A stretch of DNA of 64,000 bases from Tubulanus polymorphus (taxonomy: Eukaryota; Animalia; Nemertea): NCBI RefSeq assembly GCF_964204645.1, contig NC_134025.1:30794299-30858298 (forward strand), given 5' to 3'. The position numbers and the translations under genes were made by a program. Shown here piece after piece: positions 13,501 through 41,493 of the stretch. The notes under the pieces were generated by a model. It had not been told where the DNA came from, did no database searches, and saw nothing but the letters and a program-made list of their open reading frames with translations. Numbering within the stretch: position 1 is the first letter of the stretch; every line of letters begins with the position of its first letter.

Positions 13501-13960
13501 TTTTGACTACATTTTTCATTTTTTTAGATGGAAAACGAATATTTTTTCAATAATGAAATTGACTAATATCAAAACTGAAAAAGCCAACTATCAATTGAAT
13601 GGCCACTTACCCAGTTTAGTTAGTAGCACGATGATTCTCTCGAATAAGTCGGGAACGACAGCGCCATCTAGGATATCTATTAAACAGCTCATACACTGCA
13701 TGGTTAACGCATCTCGAGGGTTGAATACTGACGATACTGAATCATGAGTTAGAGCTATCAATCCCTAAATCATTCATTAAACAATAATACAACATAAAGC
13801 CACAGGAGAAATTTTATTTTTGACAGAATTTGCGATCTTGTTGAATACTTACATAGATATTTCTGTTAAGTTTTGAAAGATTATTATCACTCGGGTTACC
13901 CACATACTGTTTAACAGCTTTAAACATCTCTTTCATACAATCACCAGCTTCCATCATCAT
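7561..13960 (-). CDS. CIP2A: Cellular inhibitor of PP2A (CIP2A/KIAA1524); multi-exon, armadillo N-terminus plus coiled coil
   Basis: N-terminus MEAGDCMKEMFKAVKQY resembles human MDSTACLKSLLLTVSQY. LLANVCRNNLPVQTYVK, SQVIDIYEVKLQSL, and C-terminus KHNQIAALIHNLSSG matching human KHSHMIAMIHSLSGG. Confidence 0.88.
7820..8286. repeat. Intronic minisatellite, 33-bp unit (accctacaccccttcagacaatctgctgtctgt), ~14 copies
   Basis: Directly visible tandem array in the last CIP2A intron. Confidence 0.97.
8855..9078. repeat. Intronic minisatellite, 34-bp unit (cagacaatcagcagcccggaacctgaaccccttt), ~6 copies
   Basis: Tandem array. The unit is homologous to the 33-bp unit at 7820-8286, and an inverted copy lies at ~9150-9173. 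Confidence 0.95.
10720..10852. repeat. Composite intronic minisatellite (tatgtgaggtggtg / tatgtatgatag)
   Basis: Directly visible; fills most of a CIP2A intron. Confidence 0.9.
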
Positions 13961-14492
13961 CAACGAAATTCAACTGCAGCAAACAAACGAGGAGAGAAAA
14001 GAGACAGAATTTTAATCAAATTTTGACTTTTTAGCCTATTAGACTCAATTTAAATGCTTCAAAATTGAATTCTCAAATAACAGATATCAATATGAAATAG
14101 ATAGAATACACCAAAAGGCTTGTGTAGTAAAGATAAATGATATAATTGAGATATTTACCAGAAATCGTCAACAAATTCAACTTGAATTTCCTACCTAAAC
14201 AAACTAACGTTTTACAATACACGTATTCGGTTAATGAAATAAAGTTTTAATTGAATTGATACTCAATGTTTGGTCGTGGCTGTGATGAATGTGATCGAGT
14301 GTCTACCGTCATTATTTATTTTTTTCACAACTGTCTCCCGATAAAGACACGTCAGCTGCTGCCAGTGAATTAGAGAGAGATTATTAGACGCAATGACAAT
14401 TAGAAGAAGTGGATTGTGATGAGATAAGTGGAACCGAGCAGTGATTGAGAATCATCCACTCCTCCAGACCCGACCCCTAATAACAAACAAAC
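13961..14492. promoter_or_regulatory. Putative bidirectional promoter, CIP2A/UBE2J1
   Basis: Divergent start codons ~530 bp apart. Confidence 0.65.
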
Positions 14493-16804
14493 ATGCAGTC
14501 ACAGTTTAATATGAGAAATCCGGGTAAGAAGAAATTCAAGTCATTTTATTGAGAGAATTCGCAGAAACTTGTCAGAATCGATTACAAATTAGTATGTAGT
14601 ATCAATGACCAGTTGCAATTATCCCGTTTTTTGGTGTTTGTCTGGTCGTCAATTGACATCCGACAATATAAGCATTATTTTTTGTATTGTATTATTGATT
14701 ATTGTTGACCTGTTGTTTGTAGCTGTGAAGCGGTTGATGAAAGAAGCTCAAGAATTAAAAGATGCGACAGAACAGTTTCATGCTCAACCTTTAGAAGTTA
14801 GTAACACTTCATAGATTGATACAGAGGGGAGGGGGCTTGTCGCAAGTCAGAAATCAAAGATAAGATTTTTGATGTCAGACCCTCAGGCCTTGTGATAAGC
14901 CCTTGTAGTCATGTTAATAATGTTTGATAATTTGTAATGATATCGATGTTATTTTGTAGGATAATATATTTGAATGGCATTTCACAATTCGAGGTCCGAT
15001 GGAGTCTGATTTTAACGATGGTATTTACCATGGACGCATTGTTTTACCTCCTGAATATCCGATGAAACCTCCTAGTATTATATTATTAACAGTAAGTTTG
15101 TCATAGTGTCGAATAATATTCCAGTTGAGTCAAAATTCAGCGATCTATAGAACCTCCAGGAGCTGGGGTTCTCGGCCTCTAAGTCAATGTTAGCTCATTT
15201 CCAATTGTTTATCTCAATTCACAACTGTGGAACTGCGTTGAGCAGTTTCAACTGAATTCCGTATAAACTCACTGTATGTTATGCTATATCCCTGTATTTT
15301 TGTTTTATAGCCTAATGGTCGATTTGAATTGAACACGAAAATTTGTCTCAGTATTTCTGGACATCATCCTGAATCTTGGAGGCCTTCCTGGTCGAGTAAG
15401 TTACATCAACAGCGAAATTCATTTAGGGTCATCTTTTAGATATCTGATCTAATATTCTGAAGTTATTTGTTTCAGTTCGGACGGCACTTTTAGCTATAAT
15501 TGGATTCATGCCGACTCATGGAGGTGGCGCGTTAGGTTCTTTGAACTACACAACTGAGGAAAGGAAGATACTGGCCAAAAAGTAAGAAAATAATATGGAC
15601 CCGTCCTGGACTCTTGATTGTTAAAAAGTTGAAATTGTCATTCATTATTGTGATATTCAAATATTTGTTGTAGGTCGCAGGATTGGAAATGTACTCAATG
15701 TGGTCATATAAAATACTTACTGAAACCAGTAACAGAAGCTTCAAAAGAAACGGATAAAGAAGCAAAAGAATTAGCTTCACAAATTAGTTTTAAGGTAGAT
15801 TTGAAATCAGATTCTGCTGATTCTTAATTCATTCACTTTTGTGCCGAAACATTCATTTGATTGATGTGTTTGTTTAGGGTGAGAATAAAACGAAAAAAGA
15901 AAATGAGAAAAAACTGATTGAACCAACGACAACGACACGGGCAGATTCAACTTCAACGAATTCCACGACAGCAGCAGCAGCTGCTGCAGTGACACCTGCA
16001 ACAGTTCCAGCGACATCAGCTGCTAATCAAAATATGCCTCAATTTCCTCCTATGTTTAACCCTCAAATGATGCCGTATATGTTTGCTCCTCCGGCTGGAG
16101 GAATGGTATATCCTCCTCCTCCGGCTCTGATGTTTCCTCCAATGACGGATATGAATCGGCATCGTCTGCCGTGGCCCGTCTTTCCTCCCATGATGCCGTA
16201 CGGTTTCCCGAACCCATTCATGATGCCTCCTGCCGGTAGTTTACCCCCCGGCGCGACCGGTTTCCCGGGATTTCCTCCGCAGTTCGCGACCCCCGAATCT
16301 CCTTCTGAACCACAAACACAGTCCGCACCGGAACCTACTTCTACTGTTACCCCTGTCGAGACACAGCCACATCCTGCGTCTGGTGTTACCCCTGTTGAGA
16401 CGCAGTCGCAACCTGCGTCTGGTGTTACCCCTGTCGAGACGCAGTTGCAACCTACATCTAGTCTTACCCCCGTTGAGATGCAACAAGAACCTGTGTCTGA
16501 TGTTACCAATGAGAATACAACTTCATCCGCATCCGTTCAGTCGGAGCAGGACGGCTTGCATCGGAGGAACGTAGCTGCATCATCGCAGGTGCAGGAAACT
16601 GAGGAAATACAGCCTGCATCGACACCAGTAGCTGCACCTGCGGCAGCACCAGCTGATGATGTATTGATAGTAGGAATAGACTGGTATTCATTTGTAATTC
16701 TAATATTGTGTAGTTTAGGAATCGCTGTGTTAATGCTGCGACGACTTCAAGTGATCGATTTCAACGAACTTACTGATTGGTTATTTCATCCTCCTCCGCG
16801 GTGA
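14493..16804 (+). CDS. UBE2J1: ER-anchored ubiquitin-conjugating enzyme E2 J1; 7 exons (14493-14523, 14723-14796, 14960-15091, 15311-15395, 15476-15581, 15674-15794, 15878-16804)
   Basis: [46 protein letters not shown], catalytic KICLSISGHHPESW, and C-terminal TM helix WYSFVILILCSLGIAVLMLRR. Confidence 0.95.
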
Positions 16805-19439
16805 AACCAACAATTAAAACATTCTAAAACAACGAATATTACTAGCATTTCACAACGATTATTTTACTGGTTTTGGTTTACGGACTGGTGCTACTTAAAA
16901 TGTCTTATACGTACTGTCTATCTGTCGGTGGAACCTCGTTATAATGAACTCTGATAATAATGAATACAGAATTTCATCTTAAGTAACAAAATTTCATACT
17001 GAATATAGTGGTTCAGTGAAGTTCGCTGTCACGAGGTTCCACTACTGGGTTTCATTGTGAGTCAATGTTTTAACTTAAAAACCCACAGCTTTATCGATCG
17101 ATTGATTGAATACTTGTCGATAAAACACCTATGACTTTCACATGTTAATGTGTTTGAGGGGTTTTAATGTTATTTACCTAAATAATTGTTGAATTATAGA
17201 ATAATATATATATAAATGTAATAATGTAAAACACTAAATTTGTTTAGAAATATATGGTATAAGTTTCAAAACTAATGTCAGTGTTTCATTCCTTACAAGT
17301 TGTGGATTTGTCTCAGGTTGTGCAGATCTAGATCAAAGCAGCAAGGATGATGATAGATATCTAGCACGGGCGCAGTTCACTAAAAAGTGCTACTTAATGT
17401 CAAAACCATGAATCTCCCAAATTATGTGACAAACCATTGTTGTTATTATCTTGGATTCAATTCAATTGCTTTTATTTTATTTCCATAATTTTTTAACAAA
17501 GCACCACATGTGACATTAAAATGGAACGAGGACTGATGTCATAGTGTTCAGTCATGAAGCTGTCATTCGGAAATCATAAGTTGGCTGCCGAATTTTAGAT
17601 CTCGGGTACGAAACACACATCAGAAGGCACAAAAACGACACGACTAAGGGTTCAATAAGTGCAGGAAACCTTGTCTAAAACTGAGGTACATTAAAATCTT
17701 ATTTCAATGAAGGCATCAAATTTTCTACACATGTGAACTTAAAGTTAACACACAGTCTATCAAAACCTATCATGAGCCAATCAGGGTTTAGTTACCCTTC
17801 TACGCATAAATGTCATCAATAGAATGAAAGGAAGAACAAGGAGTGAAAATAACAATCATTTTCATCAGAGTCAACAAAATTACACAATAAATTAATTATA
17901 ACGCAAACACAAAAATTTACAAAGCATAAAAACAGATCCATTAATTATAATTTTTAGGGCCGTTTGTCATAAAACATTACGTCTGCATAAATCAAAGATT
18001 TCAACTCCTTCCAAACACACTCATCACAATGCACAGGGAGAAGTTGACAATATTTGACCCCTCCCCTTCTCGCCCCATGGATGTGAATGTACTTTAAGTA
18101 TGGCCCTTTTATATTTACACCGTACTCGCAATGAATGGAGTACGAATAAATGTCATATCTTTTGCGAAAAAATAACAGTTTCTTTGATAAGAATTTCTTA
18201 CAGAATCGGATATCAAAGCAAACCGTAGAAATAGCCTTATACCCTCAGAACATCCCTATATAGTCTAATAACAAACTCACATGATATTCATCTTATAATG
18301 ATTCATAAATAATCATCTCTCTTTTTTAAAAATTATGCTTGCTTACAACATGTATAATAGAGATTTAAGTACACAGTATGAATATAAAACAATGTGGATC
18401 CAGTTCGACAGTTGGGAGCTTGGAGTGAACTATAAAATCAGTTCATTTTCAATGAGCCAAATCTGAACACACAACTGTCGAACTGGATCCAGTTTCTGAG
18501 ATGAATAGATATCAACTAAAAAACAGGATACAATATTCGACGAATCATGTGTAAATTAAGCATTTCTTACGTCGAGGCATCAGTGAGTAATTAATACCAG
18601 TAATCATTGTATATTCACATTCAAGCAGATTAAGTTTCAAATTTTAAGTAGTGAAATAGGCCACAAACATCTATAGTTTTAAATTCCTGCATCTTATCAG
18701 CGACAGTTTCTTCATGTGTAAAATATATTCAATAGTTTTTATCAATCACTGTTGCATAAAGCAGTCTTACTCGGACATGGCTAACTCGGGACTTTTAACT
18801 ATTACAAAAACAAGTCATTTTTCTGACTACCTGATGTTTAAACTCAGACTTTATCTTAATTCGGGTCAGTTTTGAAGCAGTTACAGTTTGTTCAAGTTCG
18901 CCGTAGTTTACTGTAGAAACATCCCTTGAAAGATATAGGTTTAATAAATCATCGTCTTTTATTTATATTTTCATGTAAAATTCATTTGTGTAAAATTTTC
19001 ATCATTGCTTTTTTAAAAGACATACACAACCTCAATGCCTTACAGTACAATAGTACTAATTACAGGATCAACAGTTCAATAGTTGTCTTAGTTAGAATTT
19101 AACTCAAAGCCAACTCTTAACTCACAACTATTGAACTGTTGAATCCTGATTTCTAGAAATAATTCATCCACAGTAAAATCGTTTCATTCTCGTATTCAAT
19201 TTTCACGACAGCAGTTTTTAAAAGTGATTAAGAAAAGTAAATTATAGTTTCAAATGTATTTTCATTGTATATATATATTTGTTATCACTGAATGTATGAC
19301 CACACAATAATTCCACCTGAACTCCAGTACATGTAATTCCACATCTACTGAATACCAGTAATTCCACATCGATTCCACATCCACTGTGAACCATTTTGGT
19401 TTTTATATACTCTAATACTGACCTGTATATTTATCACAG

Positions 19440-32416
<12,977 letters not shown>

Positions 32417-32919
32417 TTTGTATTATTACTAAACGAAGAACTCATTCGCCATCTATTGGAAAAATTTGAAACTATTAATTCGGTCATAAACTGTATCGAA
32501 AATCTATTCAGTTTTCGTGAAAAATAGCTCAATATCTTAATGAAAATAATGATGGAATAGAGATTGCAATTCTAAATCAGTGTTTTGTTTATCTAAGAGC
32601 CAGCATATCATTCGCCATCTATTGGAAAGGTGTATTTAAGGGAACTTGTCTTACAGTCGGTGACGACGTTGCAAGCAGAATAATGTTTTTATCGAGGTTG
32701 GCAAAGTTGTTTCTTATGATAGCAAGCCCGATGTTCGAATGCAGTCACGAAAAAACTAGACCCATTTTCCAACATCCATTTCAGAAATAGCGTATTTGCA
32801 AAAGTTTACTTTTCTCAGTGAAATGAAAAATCTCTGAAAGTCCGATAACGCGTTTTCTCGTTATAATTCAATTACAGAGTCCTGGGTGCGCGTTTTATTG
32901 CGTACCGCTGGCTGGCATC
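32417..32919. promoter_or_regulatory. Putative bidirectional promoter, MAP3K4/FAM161, with a duplicated 21-bp element
   Basis: Divergent ATGs ~500 bp apart; tcattcgccatctattggaaa at 32442-32462 and 32608-32628. Confidence 0.65.
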
Positions 32920-35900
32920 ATGGCAACGGTTCACTATACGGCGTCTCTTACGAATTCCTGCGTTAAACCTCCCGTAAACCCGAGGACAGGACTCGCTTAT
33001 ACTTTACAAGAACGTCGATTCGACAGCGATCACGAGGGGGATGAAGCTGAAAACGACGTGAATCGCGAGATCGATGATCGTGAAAATCGATGTCCAAATC
33101 GACAGCAGCAGGTGCCCGTTCATAAACAACAGGTGCCCGTTAATACCGTTAACAATAACACCGTTAAAAATATCGAAACGAGCGCGATGACCAGTACAGA
33201 TTTACTGGATAAATTAACATTCGAATTGGGCGACTTAACGGATGATGAATTCTTCGATAAATTACAACAATTGAAATCGGAGCATAAAAAAACGTTATCG
33301 CTTTACGAAAAATTATACAGCGATAAAAAAGTTGACGCAGATGAAGTCGACCCGGCCTTTCACATCGATATCCTCCGTCAGAGCGTAGAGAAACCATCGA
33401 GCAGTGATCGTGTCCGAGATTACTCGTCTAAAACCTGCTGGATGGCGCCACAATCCTCCGCCGATCGTCACGACGACGAATTGTTAAATCTACGGCGACG
33501 ACAAGACGCTTTATTGAACGATTATTGGAAAACAAAAACCGTTAGAAACGAGGAGAAACTGGTGGAGGAGATTTTCAGAGGGGAACGCCCGGAAATATCA
33601 TCGGCTGCAGCTCAAAGTAGAATCGACGACATGTGGGAGAATTTCTCATTGGATGATTACGCGCCGGTAGGCAGGAGATCGCCGGGGAATAAACCGCCAT
33701 CTGGTGGCAGTCGTAGAACCAAGCAGACGGAATCGGGCTGGAGACATCGAATTACGATTCCGAAACCGTTCGAGATGACGCAACGCGACGAGAATAAACC
33801 GAAAATCAAAACATCGGCGATGGTCGATTTGGATCGGCGCGTCGAGGATCGCGTTAAAGAGGAAGAGATCGAATGTCAAAAGAAGTTTAAAGCTCGACCG
33901 GTTCCGGCTCACGTTTATATCCCTCTGTTCGACGAGGTGATGGAGAAAGCCGAATCTCAGCGACGCCTCAATCGAGAAATCAATAAGGAACTCTTAAAAT
34001 CGAAAGAAAAACCGTTTAAGTTTTTAAAACGCGAAGAAGACAAACGACAACATCGTCACGATCGAGTACACAGCGCCCCCTGTCATTACAGTCCGGCACC
34101 GATTAAACCGTCGTTTAAAGCTCGTCCGATTCCTCGAGCGGTGAATGAGGAATCGGTGATGGATCGAATCCGCGAAGAAGAGGAATACCGTAAAATACGT
34201 ATCGCGATGAGATCCGAGGAGTTACTCCGCTCGGCCGCGTTACCTCCAAGTATGGAAGCTCGACAGAAAGCTCGCGACATGTATAAAAATATGCTAAAAA
34301 ATTCGAATAACTCATCGAAGAAAAAACTGAATCGTAATAATTCACGATCGCGAGTTCGTGATCCGCCGAATTTCGACGAGTTGCATAAAAAGTTTCATAA
34401 AGAGATGATAAATAAAGTGAAAGTGAAAGAATCGACGGTTTGTAAACCGTTTCTGCTGAGGACGTCTTCGATTCCTTCGAATATTGATAAGATTCAGGAC
34501 GATATTCGAACGGATGAACGAGAACTGACGGAAACTCGATGGCCGTTTAAAAGTAAACGAGCGACTCATCGCGGATCAACAGGTGAAATATTCTATTATC
34601 ATTATCATATCATTATCCATAGGGTTTTATACCAATAAGGGTCCAGTTTCACGAAAAAGTTTAAGCCAAAAACTGTTAAGTTTGAATTGTTGTCCTCATT
34701 GAGAACATGTAACCAAGTAACCAATAGCAATTACATCAGAAATATGAGTTAAACTTTTTTGTGAAACTTGTTCCTGAACATAAAATTACAAAATTAAGAT
34801 GGATATGATGTATTACACTGATACATTGTAAAACATTCACAGATTTGGAAAATGAAAATAAAAATTTCTGAGGCTTTTACAGAAGTCTCCTCAGACCATT
34901 CAGACCCCCTGGATCCAGTTACTATGTAATTCTGTGTATTGATGATTTGAGATTTGAATGTCTAAAAAATGTTGAATTTATATTTTCAGGATCTTTGAAT
35001 CTGTCTCAATCTTTAGACAACATTCCCGCTAAACTGACGACTTCAGCTGAATTGAGATCGAGCGCAAATCGGTAAGTAGAAAAATAATCACTTCTAAAAT
35101 AAAACAAAATCTCAGATGAAAATATTTTTCCTACTTTTAAATCACCCACCCTTAATTATACACTGATAGGAATCATTTAGTGGAAATAGTAGAATAAAAC
35201 TTTGATATTTCATTACAGAGGTAAAATCCACCAGATGAGTCTGAAAGAGCAGGAATTGAGAGAAAAGAAGAGACTTCTTCGCGAAAAAGAGAAACGTCTG
35301 AAACGTGAAATTGCGGAAAAAGCCGCAGCGAACGATCAATCGACTTCGCTGAAACAAACTGAAAAAGAAAAACTCAAAAGATTCAAGTAAGAAATGATGA
35401 TCATGTTCAGATTAACTGTGGGTTCAAGGGGAAATCTGGCGTAAAACAATAATCCCGCTATCCTAGTAAGGGATCATTCATTTATTACGTACTCTTTAGG
35501 GGAGGGGGAGGGGTCAGTGCAATTGTGTACTGTAATGCTTAATATATACGAAAAAATGGCCGATTTTGCGTACAGAGGGGGAGGGGGGTTTAAAAAGTCA
35601 AATTTCGTGCGTACATGATGAATGAATGATCCCTAAAGTCCAACTGGAGTATTTGAGATCTACAGATTACGTTTAATGATGGTTTGTTTTATTTCTATAG
35701 AGAAGCCGAACGTGAAAGAAGTATCGAATATCAACAGGAATTACGACAAATGAAAGAAAAACTCAAAAATCGACCTTTCCTTTTCGAACAACAAAGTCAG
35801 GTATGACAAATAAAATCTGTCCTTTGATTCGTGTCACGATCCATGAAAATCTTTACAGGTTTTACATATATTTATAATAGACTCCACTTTAACTAGAATC

Positions 35901-36099
35901 CTTCGATTTATTCGATTAATAGGTGAACGCACGGAAACAAGCAGAGAAGAGATATTCAGATACGATACGTGATGCCGGTTTAGACGAACAATTCATCTAT
36001 TCTAAAGGAACTGCAACTACTGATTATAATGATGATGATGACGATGATGATATAAGTGATGATGAGGAAGTTGATGAAGTCGGAGAATATGAATTATAA
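32920..36099 (+). CDS. FAM161A: FAM161A/B family ciliary/centriolar microtubule protein (UPF0564); 5 exons (32920-34582, 34990-35071, 35219-35386, 35701-35800, 35923-36099)
   Basis: EFFDKLQQLKSEHKKTL, IDDMWENFSLDDY, WRHRITIPKPFEMT, EEIECQKKFKARPVPAHVYIPLF, KPFKF, TVCKPFLLRT, RPFLFEQ. Probably co-orthologous to vertebrate FAM161A and FAM161B. Confidence 0.88.
34640..34775. mobile_element. MITE family C (TIR gg.ccagtttca); related copies at ~24710-24832 and ~30012-30125
   Basis: ccagtttcacgaaaaagtttaa...ttaaactttttgtgaaact, with shared internal sequence between copies. Confidence 0.65.
35470..35633. mobile_element. PIF/Harbinger-type MITE; older relative at ~17956-18106
   Basis: TIR gggatcattcatt...aatgaatgatccc with TAA duplication on both sides. 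Confidence 0.85.
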
Positions 36100-37045
36100 A
36101 CTTTGAAAACATTACATATATACAGAGCATTATCTGCTAAATTCCAAAAGCTGGTCTTATGGGAATATGTATTCTGATATTGTACTATTATGATAGTTGT
36201 AAAAGACAACCGAGCTCCATAGTTGTCAGTTAAAGATTTCTCTGTTGTGTCGAAGTAGTTCAGATTTGTCTTGTAGCCAACGTAATTGAAACTGACCTGA
36301 ATTTGATTCTGCAGCTATTGCGAATCTCGAGATAGAGTCATTCAAAATGAACTAATTTAGAGTTGAATCTAACCGACGACTGTAGAACTGGGTCTAGAAC
36401 CTTCTGTTGATTATGATATTGTTAGTACTTGTAGATTTTAGTATTATGTACTGTAAAAGGTTTAGGTTTCAAACTACTGTTGATATTGTGTAGAAATATG
36501 TTAGGTAGGTTATTAACTTTGAGTTATTTCGTAGCTGATTTCTTGTATTCACTGTTAGATATTTGTGCTATGGCAATTGGGAATGACATGAACAAACTCT
36601 ACTTTGTTTTCAATGCTTATTCGTCAATTTCGAGCAAAGGGCTGACTCGATGTTAGCTCTATTGCCAACTAAAAGATAACTTAAGTAGCGACTGGAAAAA
36701 ATACAATAGCAGCGAATGTGTTTAACTTGTATCACGTGTAGGAAGTGAGATTGTTGTAGATTTCATACTAAACTCGCTGGTAGAGTTTTAATAAAGAACT
36801 GAAGTATCTGAAATGCCAAAAGATGCTCCTCAAAATTATTATTTACTAAGTTGAGAAAATACATTGATTGTAACATTATATTTTAGTTGTAAATCTGCCT
36901 TATATCATTTTCATATCTGTAATAAATTATGAATGTCAACTGTAAATGTATTCTTGTTGTGATGTAAAGATTTACACTTATTCTCTATCAAACATCAACT
37001 TGGAATTCGAGGTTTCTTGATTCAACCCGTGGAGTACTGGTACAT

Positions 37046-37172
37046 GGGTCAGTTGCTCAAAAGTTGGTTAAAGATAACCAGTGGATAGTTGACATAGTAA
37101 CAATGAGCTTTTAATTGTCACTATGTCAACTATCCACTGGTTAACTCAAACCAACCTTTGAGCAACTGACCC
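37046..37172. mobile_element. Hairpin (fold-back) MITE between the convergent FAM161 and ZNF410 3' ends
   Basis: gggtcagttgctcaaa..taaccagtggatagttgacatagt / actatgtcaactatccactggtta..tttgagcaactgaccc. Confidence 0.8.
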
Positions 37173-37471
37173 CAGGTGTTTTTGCTCGATCCAACGTCTA
37201 CAGCACTCACCTTTCTTTTCATTCCAAAAACTCTTCTTGCTTTAGATCTCACAGGATGATACATTTTCTCCAAGGCAGCAAGTGAATTCCAGGACAGTCT
37301 GAGTGCCGATGGGCCATCACATGAATCAAGAGTAGGACATATTCATAGTAGTTCATATCGGTATAAACAAAGAACCAAAAGATCCAAACCAAAAACAAAC
37401 ATGTTTTATGTAAACATATCTAAAAATATTTCATTTATTCAGTCTAAAGATTCCATTTATTTTAAAGAATT

Positions 37472-40316
<2,845 letters not shown>

Positions 40317-40499
40317 CTCTGCCAAATAAATTCATTGAATTTAACTTATATTTAAATTTTTTCACGTTAATTCTACCTTTTACTCCTAATATAGAGTTGA
40401 TTTAAAACATCTAATACTCTCATCAATTCACAAATACAGACTATTCATAATTATAGAAAGGAATGGGACTTAGAGAGGTTAATTAAACTAAATATCATA

Positions 40500-40810
40500 C
40501 TTTTGATGAGCTGCACTGGAATAATGACAAACAGCCACCAGCGGCAAGCGAGTGTATTGCGCAATCACCGAATTCGACGCTTTCGCCGTCTAGCGACAGA
40601 GCTGCCTGTGGCAAGTAAGTGTATTGCGCAATACTCTAGGCCGATACTAGCGGCATCTAGTTGGTTTTCCCCACGGAACTTGCCGAACATTACCGAACAG
40701 GGACGAACATGAAGGTCGGGTACCAGTTGCAACCGGTTCAATTGTAATATATTGTGCGATAGTTGATGTTGGTTGTATCTCAGATGGTTCAGTCGGCGGG
40801 TAACAGGTAA
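40500..40810. promoter_or_regulatory. Putative bidirectional promoter, ZNF410/XPO1, including a probable non-coding XPO1 exon 1 (donor near 40807)
   Basis: GC/CpG-rich island between divergent genes; two TTGCGCAA palindromes; cag|gtaata donor, with an acceptor at 41462 just before the XPO1 ATG. Confidence 0.6.
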
Positions 40811-41493
40811 TACTCGTCTTATTTCAAACTATACTACTAATTTATACCGTTTGAACGGAATGTCAGAGATTAGGGGGTTGAGTTGTGGGTAAAAGTGTTG
40901 GAAATTGAAATTCATTCCTCTAATCTGCATGCTTTCATTCTCAACTCATTCATAAAGTCTCGGGTTTAAAAACATATAACAGCATGAGACAGTAGTGTGT
41001 GCATGATAGGAAATTTCCATAGACTCTACCCGCCCGCCCCATTCAAATAAAACACTTATCAAGATTTTTAGAGCCCAGATCTTTTAATTCTACTAATTAA
41101 TTAATTAAAAGAAAATCAACCTCTTGATCCGGAACAATTGGAAAATCTTTATCTTAAAATCTGTATTCTGCTAGCGTTCTGCTAGGGAAATGAAAAACAA
41201 ATTGATAAATGACGACCTGTTCCTTGTTGACCTAGCGAGTACCTTTTACCTGTTGTGATCATTAACCCTGTTTATTTTCTAAAAATAATTTTTAAAATGA
41301 AAAGATGAGTACAAGCTTAAAATGTATGTTTAAGTTCAAGTATGTTATTGTCATCAATTAGGCCGAAGAAGATTTTCAATTATTTTTCTGATTTGGGCCC
41401 AAATAAGAAGTTTTTGATAAAAACATTATTTTGTAGCTAATATTTAGAATTTTTGTTTCCAGTCCTGCCATTAATGGTGGAATAAGTAATAAT

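Noticed and set aside
32660-32930. RFX X-box upstream of the ciliary gene FAM161
   Set aside because: Only half-site matches (gttgc..., atggcaac); no full consensus.
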